Shown here: positions 30,001-41,410 of the stretch, one piece after another | Layout of the letters: every line of letters starts with the position of its first letter | Numbering within the stretch: position 1 is the first letter of the stretch | DNA from: Schmidtea polychroa | Lineage: Eukaryota | Assembly (NCBI GenBank): GCA_044892525.1 | Contig: CM097885.1 | Span: 109,492,001-109,556,000 of the forward strand | Length of the DNA stretch: 64,000 bases | Direction: 5' to 3' | Position numbers and translations under genes: made by a program | The notes under the pieces: generated by a model | Told to the model about the DNA's origin: nothing | Seen by the model: only the letters and a program-made list of their open reading frames with translations | Databases searched by the model: none

Positions 30001-33000
30001 ATAAACATTTAATTGCCTCCAATATTTTGTTACTATCCTCATCGCTATTATCTAATCGCTTTTCACTCTTTATGCCTAATGCTTTTAATTGTTCACAAAT
30101 AGATTTGTCAATTTTCACTTTAGATCCACTTTCTAAAGACCTGTTTAAATCGTTTATAATTTCTTCCACAAATCTTCTTTCTTTTTCTCCAGTCTTTGAT
30201 TTCGGAATCAATGATTTCATAATTTCCAAACTTTCAACTAGTTCTTTGCCTTTCAAGTTATTCAATTCACCTTTCTCCAGAGCATCGCATAATAATTTCT
30301 GACCACTTTCAAGTCCTACTTTTCGTTCCATAGTTACTTCATCAATAATTTCGTCAACAATGTCTGCATTTCTAATTACTGTCGAATCTGGTACAATGGA
30401 TTCTGAGATATCTTTGCACAATTTCCATAATCTTTCAGCCTCTTCTTTATTCAATTCCAATTCCTTCGATTTGCAATCAACCACTTCTTGTAGTTTAGAA
30501 AGAACTGATTCCAATAAAGTTTTATTTGCTTTCCATTCGTTGGATCTTTCTGAGTCTGGCGTTTCATTGATTTTACTTTCAACTTTATCCATAGCCTTTG
30601 ACAATTTCGATAAATCTTGTCCTTTCAATTTTATTTGATCATTCTTTGAATTTTCCATTAATTCTTTTAAGATTGTTTCAATTGGTCGTCGACTATTTTC
30701 AATTTCATCATGTCGAGATCTTCTAATTCGTTCCGCAATATCAGGAATGCTAGATTGAATTTGTACTGCTTCACATAAAATACCCATCAGAGGCTCATTA
30801 ACAGTTGCGGTTAGTTTTACGAGATCTTTTCCCTCCGAAACTTCTTTCAATAACATTTCTTCTAATTCAATCAGTTTCGATTCACTAATTTCATTTTTCA
30901 AAGCATCTTTAGCGACTTTTATTCCATCAAGTAAATTGTCAACGTCTTCCCTGTTCAATAGTTTCTCTTTCTCCCCTTCTTCGTCATCAAATAAACATTT
31001 AATTGCCTCCAATATTTTGTTACTATCATCATCGCTATTATCTAATCGCTTTTCACTCTTTATGCCTAATGCTTTTAATTGTTCACAAATAGATTTGTCA
31101 ATTTTCACTTTAGATCCACTTTCTAAAGACCTGTTTAAATCGTTTATAATTTCTTCCACAAATCTTCTTTCTTTTTCTCCAGTCTTTGATTTCGGAATCA
31201 ATGATTTCATAATTTCCAAACTTTCAACTAGTTCTTTGCCTTTCAAGTTGTTCAATTCACCTTTCTCCAGAGCATCGCATAATAATTTCTGACCACTTTC
31301 AAGTCCTACTTTTCGTTCCATAGTTACTTCATCAATAATTTCGTCAACAATGTCTGCATTTCTAATTACTGTCGAATCTGGTACAATGGATTCTGAGATA
31401 TCTTTGCACAATTTCCTTAATCTTTCAGCCTCTTCTTTATTCAATTCCAATTCCTTCGATTTGCAATCAACCACTTCTTGTAGTTTAGGAAGAACTGATT
31501 CCAATAAAGTTTTATTTGCTTTCCATTCGTTGGATCTTTCTGAGTCTGGCGTTTCATTGATTTTACTTTCAACTTTATCCATAGCCTTTGACAATTTCGA
31601 TAAATCTTGTCCTTTCAATTTTATTTGATCATTCTTTGAATTTTCCACTAATTCTTTCAAGATTGTTTCAATTGGTCGTCGACTATTTTCAATTTCATCA
31701 TGTCGAGATCTTCTAATTCGTTCCGCAATATCAGGAATGCTAGATTGAATTTGTACTGCTTCACATAAAATACCCATCAGAGGCTCATTAACAGTTGCGG
31801 TTAGTTTTACGAGATCTTTTCCCTCCGAAACTTCTTTCAATAACATTTCTTCTAATTCAATCAGTTTCGATTCACTAATTTCATTTTTCAAAGCATCTTT
31901 AGCGACTTTTATTCCATCAAGTAAATTCTCAACGTCTTTCCTGTTCAATAGTTTCTCTTTCTCACCTTCTTCGTCATCAAATAAACATTTAATTGCCTCC
32001 AATATTTTGTTACTATCCTCATCGCTATTATCTAATCGCTTTTCACTCTTTATGCCTAATGCTTTTAATTGTTCACAAATAGATTTGTCAATTTTCACTT
32101 TAGATCCACTTTCTAAAGACCTGTTTAAATCGTTTATAATTTCTTCCACAAATCTTCTTTCTTTTTCTCCAGTCTTTGATTTCGGAATCAATGATTTCAT
32201 AATTTCCAAACTTTCAACTAGTTCTTTGCCTTTCAAGTTGTTCAATTCACCTTTCTCCAGAGCATCGCATAATAATTTCTGGCCACTTTCAAGTCCTACT
32301 TTTCGTTCCATAGTTACTTCATCAATAATTTCGTCAACAATGTCTGCATTTCTAATTACTGTCGAATCTGGTACAATGGATTCTGAGATATCTTTGCACA
32401 ATTTCCTTAATCTTTCAGCCTCTTCTTTATTCAATTCCAATTCCTTCGATTTGCAATCAACCACTTCTTGTAGTTTAGGAAGAACTGATTCCAATAAAGT
32501 TTTATTTGCTTTCCATTCGTTGGATCTTTCTGAGTCTGGCGTTTCATTGATTTTACTTTCAACTTTATCCATAGCCTTTGACAATTTCGATAAATCTTGT
32601 CCTTTCAATTTTATTTGATCACTCTTTGAATTTTCCACTAATTCTTTCAAGATTGTTTCAATTGGTCGTCGACTATTTTCAATTTCATCATGTCGAGATC
32701 TTCTAATTCGTTCCGCAATATCAGGAATGCTAGATTGAATTTGTACTGCTTCACATAAAATACCCATCAGAGGCTCATTAACAGTTGCGGTTAGTTTTAC
32801 GAGATCTTTTCCCTCCGAAACTTCTTTCAATAACATTTCTTCTAATTCAATCAGTTTCGATTCACTAATTTCATTTTTCAAAGCATCTTTAGCGACTTTT
32901 ATTCCATCAAGTAAATTGTCAACGTCTTCCCTGTTCAATAGTTTCTCTTTCTCACCTTCTTCGTCATCAAATAAACATTTAATTGCCTCCAATATTTTGT

Positions 33001-33336
33001 TACTATCATCATCGCTATTATCTAATCGCTTTTCACTCTTTATGCCTAATGCTTTTAATTGTTCACAAATAGATTTGTCAATTTTCACTTTAGATCCACT
33101 TTCTAAAGACCTGTTTAAATCGTTTATAATTTCTTCCACAAATCTTCTTTCTTTTTCTCCAGTCTTTGATTTCGGAATCAATGATTTCATAATTTCCAAA
33201 CTTTCAACTAGTTCTTTGCCTTTCAAGTTGTTCAATTCACCTTTCTCCAGAGCATCGCATAATAATTTCTGACCACTTTCAAGTCCTACTTTTCGTTCCA
33301 TAGTTACTTCATCAATAATTTCGTCAACAATATCTG
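1..33336 (-). repeat. Coding tandem array, 990-bp unit, ~33.7 copies visible (continues past the left edge)
   Basis: Exact 990-bp periodicity: the plus-strand shadow ORFs recur at 327, 1317, 2307 ... 32007. Only substitutions were seen between units. Homology ends near 33336 (tcgtcaacaa-tatctg vs tcgtcaacaa-tgtctg). Confidence 0.99.
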
Positions 33337-35460
33337 TAAAATCGGGTTTCTTTGTTTCATAGTCCATAAAATTCACTTGAGATTCTCTTGTTTTATTTTC
33401 TTCTTTTTCTTTTTCTTCATTTATTATTTCATTTTTTTTTGTGTTTTCAAAATTTTGTTTTTCTTCCTGTTCATATTTATTTAATTTGTTATCGTCGTCT
33501 TTTATTTTGCTTTCTTTATATACTAATACTTCTGTTTTCCTGCTATCATTATCTGGTTTTTCTTGAGTTCCTTTTAGGTGATACTCCATTATATCTGTCA
33601 TTTCCAAGCATATTATGTTTTCTGTATCCGAACCTACACTTGTTTCGTCTGCCTCTTCAATTGTGTCAAGAACTTCATTTATTATTTGAGTTTCCTTTTC
33701 ATTACATTTTATGTTTTTATACTCTCCTTTATTTTCAATTTTTTCTATTACTTCTATTAGTTGAAAAATGGTATTTTTATTTTTATGAATTCCTATGCTC
33801 TTGCTAGCAATGGATTTCAGTGATTTTACTAATTTTTCGTCGCAATCAATCCCATTAGTTTGATTTACAATGTTTCTTACAGCTTTAGCATTTTCGAAAT
33901 TAAAACTTTCTAAATTTTCATTTTCTTTAATATGTTTTATTATTGCAGTATTAATTTTTAGGATTCTCAACGCCTCTAATAATTTATTAGCTTCTTCTTG
34001 TGACAATTTTAATAAAATATCATTAGTGGTTTGTTGCTTCGTTTTCATAGCCTTATTTAATATTTCATACGCTTCATTTATAATTTCAGTTTCTTCTTTT
34101 TGCAAGAATCCCGCATTATTTTCTTGTACTTCTTTTCCGTAAATATTTATAAGATTTTCTAATTCTTTTACTAAAGGCCGGTCTAAAATAACTTCATTTT
34201 CAGTATTTTCAAAAAGTACATCATTTAATTTTTTCGAAACGTTTTCAATTGTCTTTATTTTTTGTTTTGCATTGAATATTTCTGAACCGCAAACAATTAA
34301 TCTAGTTTCTTCAGAATACTCTAAAGGATCTTCATCGTCGTCACTTTCATTGGGTGTATCATTATAATATTCCATTATTTTATAAACAATATTTTCTTGA
34401 TTTTCTTCATCCACAGAGTTAACTAAATCAAAAATACTCTCTACCCTTTTCCCGCGATATCCGTCTTTTTTTATTCGATCCAAAAATAACTTTGTATATT
34501 CAGTTTGATTTGTTATTTGCTTCTTTTGTTGTAATATGTTAGTCAAGGAGCTTTTAACTCGTAGATAACTTGCATTTGAAATTTCACACGAATTTCTAGT
34601 TAAGTAACCGTAAACTAACGATGATTTTTTTAATTTTTTTGAAGGATTTTGCTTAACACTTTTTTCTGGGTCATATCTGTGTTCTATTGTGAATGTGAAT
34701 TCTTCATTTTCCGGTTTATTGTAATTTGTTATTCGAACATTCAGCTGTTCACTCATGTCAAAATCGCTTTCGAATTCTGAAGATTCGATTGATTCCGTTC
34801 GAGAATCAAATGTATCTGAAATGTCTGATTCACAATAAATGTCGAACTCTCGATTAATATTAGCCCTCGAATGACTTATTAATGAATTTAGTTTTATAAA
34901 TGATTCTTTCTTTATCACTTCTGGCATTTCGTTATTCACCGGTTTCATTAATTTACCCAATCTCGATATTTGAGATTTAGCAGTAGATTGTTTTGTTAAT
35001 AAATAATTAATTAAATTTGTATTATTGTCCTGAGATTCGCTGACATTTGTATCAAAGAACTCTTGATTTTCTGGATTATCTTTATCTTTATTTTCTGAGA
35101 AATTTGTAAGCAATTGATCTGATTTTTTAAATTTTTTATAATCATCACTGATAAAATTAGATAAATTTTTCTTAATTGACTTCTTTGGTCTCTCTTTGTT
35201 GATATTAATGCATTCATCTTTTGGTAAAGATATTTCTGGATTAGATTCAAAATAAAAAGTGGGATAAAAATTCTCTTGGACGTGTTCACAAGACGATGAC
35301 AAAGTATTGCTATCGCTGGTTACTATCTCAATTTGTTGGCACTGGTCCGTGTCGATAACAATATGATCCGTAGTAATGATTTTCTTTTTCGTAGGAAATT
35401 CATTACTTGATTTATCTGATTTCTTTTTCTGCCTAATCCGTTTTTTTCTGTGCTTTTTAC
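2..35460 (-). CDS. Giant single coding exon (>35.4 kb, >=11,820 codons, 3'-incomplete): ~700-aa unique acidic/basic region followed by >=33.6 tandem 330-aa E/K/L-rich helical repeats; probably the central exon of the STARD9-like kinesin
   Basis: I translated the unique region (35460-33337) and one full repeat unit codon by codon in the minus frame (plus-strand triplets starting at position = 2 mod 3) and found no stop. The variant sites I checked in other units also create no stop. The frame closes just upstream at TAA 35473-35471, after a polypyrimidine/AG acceptor (TTTTTTTAG|GT AAA AAG CAC, AG = 35462-35461, phase 1). It begins (G)KKHRKKRIRQKKKSDKSSNEFP...; the repeat starts DIVDEIIDEVTMERKVGLESGQKLLCDALEKGELNNLKGKELVESLEIMK... 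It is absent from the ORF track because no stop lies inside the window. Confidence 0.93.
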
Positions 35461-38445
35461 CTAAAAAAATTTATTTAACTAAAATATATATGTGGGTATG
35501 AAAAATTTCGAAAATAAAATTTTAAAAATCTTTTTCAGTTTCAAATATTGAAATTATATCATTTGCAGGTGATGTTTAATAACCTTTTTTTAGAGAAAAA
35601 TTAGTTGTCCTTAAATTTTATTAGTTATTAGAATAATAACATAACATTTTTTAGTTAACTTGAAAAAACATTTAATTTGAGATGCTACTTTTCGTTTTTA
35701 TGATTCAAAGATTCTATTAAAACAAAGTTAAAGGGAGAGCATTGGAACACAGTACGTCCATTTTTATCAAAACATGTTTATAACGAGACAGAAATTATTT
35801 TACCTTATAAATCTTTTCATCCACATGAATATAATCACATTTTGTTTGTTGAAGGGTTCTGTTAACTTCCCAAATAAAGACTACGAAATTAGCGTATTTT
35901 TTATGATTTACGTTAAAGTATATTTTTTAAGTTCCTTTAAAGTTTTAACTATAGATTTTTCCTATTATTTGATACAAATTTGCAACTCTGGCTTTATTCA
36001 GTGTAATTTAAAATAAATAAATAGAAAGTACAGAAAATTTGTGTAAAAAAAGAAAATCAGTTGACTAATAGTCAAAATGAAAATAAATTCAATTGGAATT
36101 AACAAAAAATGAAAAAAAAACATTTTATGCATTTTATTTTACGGTTAATCATACTTTGTTGTAACTTTGAGTTAGCATTCTTTACACGAAAACTATAAAA
36201 TCTAAATACTTCAGAAAACATTCGGAAGGACATTTCAAAATTTTCATACATTTGAAAGCGATAAGTGACGTCCTTTTGATCTGCTTGTTTTATATATATT
36301 CATGCAAAATTTAACTACATTTTCATAAGTTATTTTTAAATAAAAATTGTGTGATAACTATAAATATTAGAAAAATAAATAACATTTAAAGGACGAATAG
36401 GGATATATGCAATAAGTTAAACGTCAATATTTGTGGGAGTAGCACTTGTAAAATATTGTAAATATTCGAATCCTTGAAAATACGACACCCAAAAGAAATT
36501 CGATGAAACCTATATAGAAAATAAATAAAAAGAATTATTGGAACAAGATTACTAAAAATTGATTTTCATTCAAAACACAATAATAATACTGGAAATGTTT
36601 TAAAACAATAATAGAATTTCCTATTGTCAACAATATGGCAATCAATAAATTGTGTAAAATTTCTAAAAATTAGCATAATAAATTCTTAACAAAAAACCCA
36701 CAACATAAGAAATTATTGAACATGTGAATGAATTCTTTGAAAAAGATTTCTATTAGCATAATTTCAATTCATAACAGTCATTGGTTACTTAATTCTCAGA
36801 ATTATACAAAACATTGATCAATGAAATAAGACATCAAGATATTATACATTATTTTCAAATTGAATCTGCTATATGCTGGAAATTTGTGTGTCAAACTGAG
36901 GTGAAATTTTTTATCAGTTGTCCAGAAAATACATGAATTAACTCAAAATTTTATGCTCTTTAGTTATTTTTATGGATATGATTAGAACAAGATGTAATTT
37001 GTATTTGTCTGTGATTCTGACGGAATTTCATTAATAAATTTGTGTGTATGCATTGATCAGTGTTTACATTTATCCGTAAATGGAATTTGGATCTTAGCAA
37101 CATTCACTTTCTAACACGTATACCATTTTTGTGAAGTCTGAGAATAATTAACTAGTTTTCTATATATGATCTCATCCTCGTGTCTAATATGTATTACTGT
37201 AAAATGTATGTCACATAAATATGTACAAAACTTTATTTTTCCTTGTTAAACACACTTGGTTAGAAAAATTGAAAAATATAAAACTGAACTTGTCCAGTAA
37301 TGCCATTTCCCCCTATTGTTAGAAATCACTTGCAATATCAGTCAAAAAAATTAAATTTTATCCAAGTTCCATTTTTGCACATTTTTGCAGATACAAGTTA
37401 TTTCAATTAAATTGTATCGAACCTCCTTCATTTTTAATTACTAAAAAACAAATAAATGGTGTTTTTCGAATTGAACGGCATCTAAACATTTAGGTTGTCG
37501 GATTATTTTAAGAAAAAAAATTTTGCTTTTATAAAATTTGAATGTAATGTTAGTTGTTTATGAAAAATAATGGTAAAATTATCGAAGGATTGTTAGATAT
37601 CACATCATTGTTACTTAAAAAAAAAATTGTGATTTATAAGTCGTAATAAAGAGAAGTTTTTCGAAAATTAATAATAAAATTACTAATTACTAATAAGCAT
37701 GAAAATATTAAAGTTAAGTTTATTTTTGCATGGAAATTTCGAAACATTCTACAGCACAAAGTATTGAATATTATAGTTATTTGCTTTCATTTATGAACCG
37801 ATTATTTTGAAAGAGACCTAGGCCCATTTCTGTTAAGCCACTTTAGAAATAAAATTTTTTATCATTCTATTAACCAACTAATTTTCATTTTTACAAAATC
37901 TTAGTGATTTTAAATATATTATTTATAATTTACTTCAAAATGAAAAGGTAACGTAAAAATGTAATCATTTAAATATTTAGCTTGAATTTTTTGATAATTG
38001 ACTTAGACCACTTTTCAAATAAACGGCTATTTACAATTTACAATTTCTTTATTTATTTTTAAAATATTGTTTGAAACATGGACTAATCTCTGAAAAATCA
38101 AAAAAATTATTTTATTCTTATGGCATTTTTCAATCTTGGCAGCCAAAAGATTAATGGTCAATGACGATAAGATAAATATGTATAAATAATGCAATTTAAT
38201 AACCTGGATGTATTGTTTAGTTAAACTAATTAAAAAATATCTAAGCAATTAAATCATATTAAAATTTTATTAATATACAACTTTTTAACATTTTAACACA
38301 AAATTAATTTAAAATTATCAAACGTTATTTAAATGTATCATTTATAAATTGTTGTTTATCAAACATTTAAAAACGTCCATCTTTTATTTTAATTACCACT
38401 GAAAAATTATATTACCTGTAATTTAAAATTGAAAATAAAATTTAC

Positions 38446-38473
38446 CACGTGTACATGACGAAGTCAAGCCCAT
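38446..38473 (-). CDS. Candidate alternative first coding micro-exon MGLTSSCTR(G), N-myristoylation-type start, splicing in phase 1 to the giant exon
   Basis: ACT-ATG-G start context with an in-frame TAA 21 nt upstream. ATG GGC TTG ACT TCG TCA TGT ACA CGT G|GTAAA. The phase matches the 35460 acceptor (G+GT = Gly). Confidence 0.5.
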
Positions 38474-38663
38474 AGTAAAATAAATTCCATTTATTTAGAT
38501 AATGAATCAATATTTCTCAACTAACGTAAATTGAAATTATTAGTTGCTGATTGGATATTTAAATGAAAATTTATTGTCTATTTTTAGAACACAACATAAG
38601 AAAATTAATAATTAATAAATTAATGACTTTATTATTATTGAATCAAAATTTATTTGTTATTAC

Positions 38664-38746
38664 CTTGGTTATCGATACGGTGTTTGATGCTGTCAGATGA
38701 ACCAGAATGTCCATTGTAGAAATAAGTTGTTGGTAGCCTTGAAACT
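38664..38746 (-). CDS. 83-nt internal exon (K)VSRLPTTYFYNGHSGSSDSIKHRIDNQ(G) linking upstream exons to the giant exon
   Basis: Acceptor TGTTTTGTTTTAACCTTTATCTAACAATAG| with a CTAAC branch-like motif, donor CAAG|GTAATA. Open reading, phase 2 to 1, matching the phase-2 donor at 47776 and the phase-1 acceptor at 35460. Confidence 0.7.
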
Positions 38747-39640
38747 CTATTGTTAGATAAAGGTTAAAACAAAACAGATATAATATTCATTTGTTATGAT
38801 AAATGTTCACGTCAGGCATTAGGTTTAATTAAACTTTTACATTTTCTTTGGTTGTCATAAATTTTTTATTATACAAATTGCTTCAAGAAAACATGTTTTA
38901 CAAAATGTAAAATTTGTTCTAATTCATTTACTTAATATTGAAAGTAAATTGTATTTATAAAAAAAACTTTAATTACAATTGTTTTATAAATATTTTCTTT
39001 TTCTTTATTTTCTTTTTAGGTAAACTGACCATTTCTCTATGAAAATAATGCGAGATTATATTTTTTGGGAGGGGGGGGGGGGGAGTTGCAAAGTACTGTA
39101 AATAATAAAATTTATTACATATTGACTGTATTAAATAAAAACATGCTTTTAATTAATATTTTTGTAACTAGTGGGATTATTATGATTAGTTTAACTTTCG
39201 TACAAGATTAATAAATGTCAACCCTTTCACGAATATGAAACACATAGAAACAAATACATACTCTGGAGTGTATTTTTGGTAAGTTTATAATTGACAACCT
39301 TTGAGAACCTCACATGTCCAAAAATATTTTATTCCTAAAACGTGTATTATTTCATCAGTCCTGGTTCTGAAAGGATTAGCATTATAATTAGATTATGCAG
39401 TGCCTCTGACTTTCAAATTAATAAATATATTAATTTAATAATTAAATTGCAAATACATTATTAAATTAATTAAATTAATATATTGTTTTAATATTTATAT
39501 ATATACACTTTTCCTTAGAACATCTCCATCTTTTTAATTCAGATAATGTGCTCAAAACTCTGGAATTTGAATAATTTGTGGATCAAAGAACTGCCTCAGC
39601 TTTATACATTACAAATGATAAATTTTGTAAAGCTGCTCCT

Positions 39641-39748
39641 AGTAACATTTTCATTGGTAATCATTTAAATTAACACGCTATTTTCAAATATATATTTTAA
39701 TATAAAATCTGAATATTTAAACAATATAACAATTTAAATATCATCACT
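39641..39748 (-). repeat. 3' LTR (108 bp)
   Basis: AGTGATGATA...ATGTTACT, immediately preceded by the polypurine tract. Confidence 0.92.
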
Positions 39749-39760
39749 CTCCCCTTCTTT
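39749..39760 (-). other. Polypurine tract AAAGAAGGGGAG
   Basis: Purine run directly abutting the 3' LTR and overlapping the integrase stop codon. Confidence 0.85.
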
Positions 39761-41057
39761 AAGAACTGTGATACTCTTTCAGCCATTCAATTCTTCTGCA
39801 TCTTTTCCCACCTTGATATTCTAGTTCAACTTGGTGTTCCGTTGAAAAACCAAGAATCTTTACAGGACCCTCGAACATATTACCATGTTTTGATCTCTTA
39901 TGAGGATCTATTTTTATTAGAACTCTCTGACCCACCTCAAAATGCCGATGACTTTTCTTATCTGCATCTCTTGATCTCATTTTATCTGCCGCTACCATAA
40001 CATTATTCTGTGCAGTCAATAATACTTGTTCTCGATTAAGATCTATGAATGAATTCTTTCCATGTATATTAACCTTTCTTCCAAATAGTATTTCCATTGG
40101 CGAAAATCCCGTAGAATTCTGTGTTGTTGAGTTTAGGGAATATTCAATTTTTGGCATAATGTCGTCCCAACACCCTTCAGTTTGACCATTACTCAAAAAT
40201 GTCATGATCATATCAAGAACTGTTCGTATTACCCGTTCTGCTAAACCATTAGACTTATGATCATATGGCGAAGTAAATATCCATTCGATGTTAAAATTAT
40301 CAGCTAACCCTTTGATTTGATTTCCCTCGAAAACCTTAACTCTATCCGAAACAATGTAAGCTTGTTTACCAAATTTGTATATCCAATTGTGTAAAAGTGC
40401 ACGATATAGTCTTTTCATCTTGGTTTTGAGTAGGCGTTAAACTAACCATCTTGCTGAACTGGTTTCCTTCATATGAGCAATATCGATTACGATTTGTTCC
40501 ATCGAGTTCATTATTACCCTAGGAATTAAATATTCAGCTGTTTTACTTGTCAAAACTTTCCTTATCATGCATACATCACGTTTTTTTATAATATCAAGTA
40601 TATCGGTTACCATGTGTATCCAAAAGAAATAATCGTTCATATAATTTGTTGTTTTCTTAACTCCTAAATGACAGAGTTCTTTGTGCATATGCTGTACGAC
40701 TTGTGACACTATCTTCTGCGGAATTATTATCTCCTTCTTATTATTATTTACTATTAATAACAGATTGTCTTTTACCAATATGTGATCCAATCTTTTGAAA
40801 TAAAGTGAGTCCCGAATCAAGTGAAGTATCTCGGGGCTCGGGTTTAGTATATATTTCTTTATTGTAGACAGCAAATTATCTGTTTCCTGATTCTCAATAT
40901 ATACCTGCATATTTAAATTACTTGAAGTAATCACGTTTAAAATTCTTATTCGGCTCTTCTCAAGTTTTCCTTCTTCGTGTTTGGTTTGACATTGTAGGTG
41001 AGTTCCATGGGCTTTGCATTTCTTGATAATGCCCATTTTCAATAATTTCATAATCAT
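39759..41057 (-). pseudogene. Ty3/gypsy integrase split into two ORFs (40437-41057 zinc-binding domain; 39759-40418 catalytic core and C-terminus)
   Basis: HxxxxHLGVKKT...YFFW...CxxC-like zinc motif (first Cys lost), IDIAHM (first catalytic D), IVSDR and TSPYDHKSNGLAERVIRT core motifs, LNSTTQNSTGFSPMEILFG. The segment between the first D and WIYKFG is deleted. Confidence 0.92.
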
Positions 41058-41149
41058 ATTGGTTCCGGTAATCCTTTCGCTTTGTTGAAAACTTGTCTTG
41101 CAATATGTTTCAAAGAAACCGTAGGCCTATTGTGTCTTCATTAACCAAT

Positions 41150-41410
41150 AAACTTTCTTAGCTTCATCTTCTTTCAGTACCATGTGATCTATTGTCATAA
41201 TTGTCGTAACTTCTTTTTTTACTGATGGTCTAATCTATGATTGAACATTCTGCCTTACTGCCTTGTTACCGATGCATACGACAATTTTTTCTTATCATCT
41301 GCCAATACAAATACCTCTCTGGCGTCTTCTGTATGTAAAATATTTTCAAAATTTACATTCAATTTCTCTATTTCTGTAAGAGATACTTCTAGGTTCATTG
41401 CAATTGCATC
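41150..41410 (-). pseudogene. Degenerate RT-connection/RNase H remnant
   Basis: ILHTEDAREVFVLADD vs ILxxPDxxKPFxLxTDAS; SYAS...SKAECSIID vs IAYAS...AExNYS; TIMTIDHMVL vs FTIxTDHxxL. Interrupted by stops and frameshifts. Confidence 0.55.

Noticed and set aside
1-33336. Array as non-coding satellite DNA or a CRISPR-like array
   Set aside because: The unit length is a multiple of 3, the frame is open throughout and continuous with unique coding sequence, and there are no spacers.
327-33807. The ~55 plus-strand ORFs of 76-203 aa (MLLSSSLLSNRF..., MSAFLITVESG...) and 33388-34142 ORFs
   Set aside because: Ser/Phe/Leu-rich antisense shadows of the E/K-rich minus-strand frame. Their fusion into 203-aa ORFs depends on a TGA/TGG change that is a synonymous Gly codon change in the real frame.
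35011-35289. 92-aa minus-strand ORF MNTSKRIF...
   Set aside because: Alternative frame overlapping the giant exon.
39067-39083. G-run (GGGAG13) as a functional G-quadruplex or regulatory site
   Set aside because: A single homopolymer with no supporting context; such runs are common in TE debris and error-prone in assembly.
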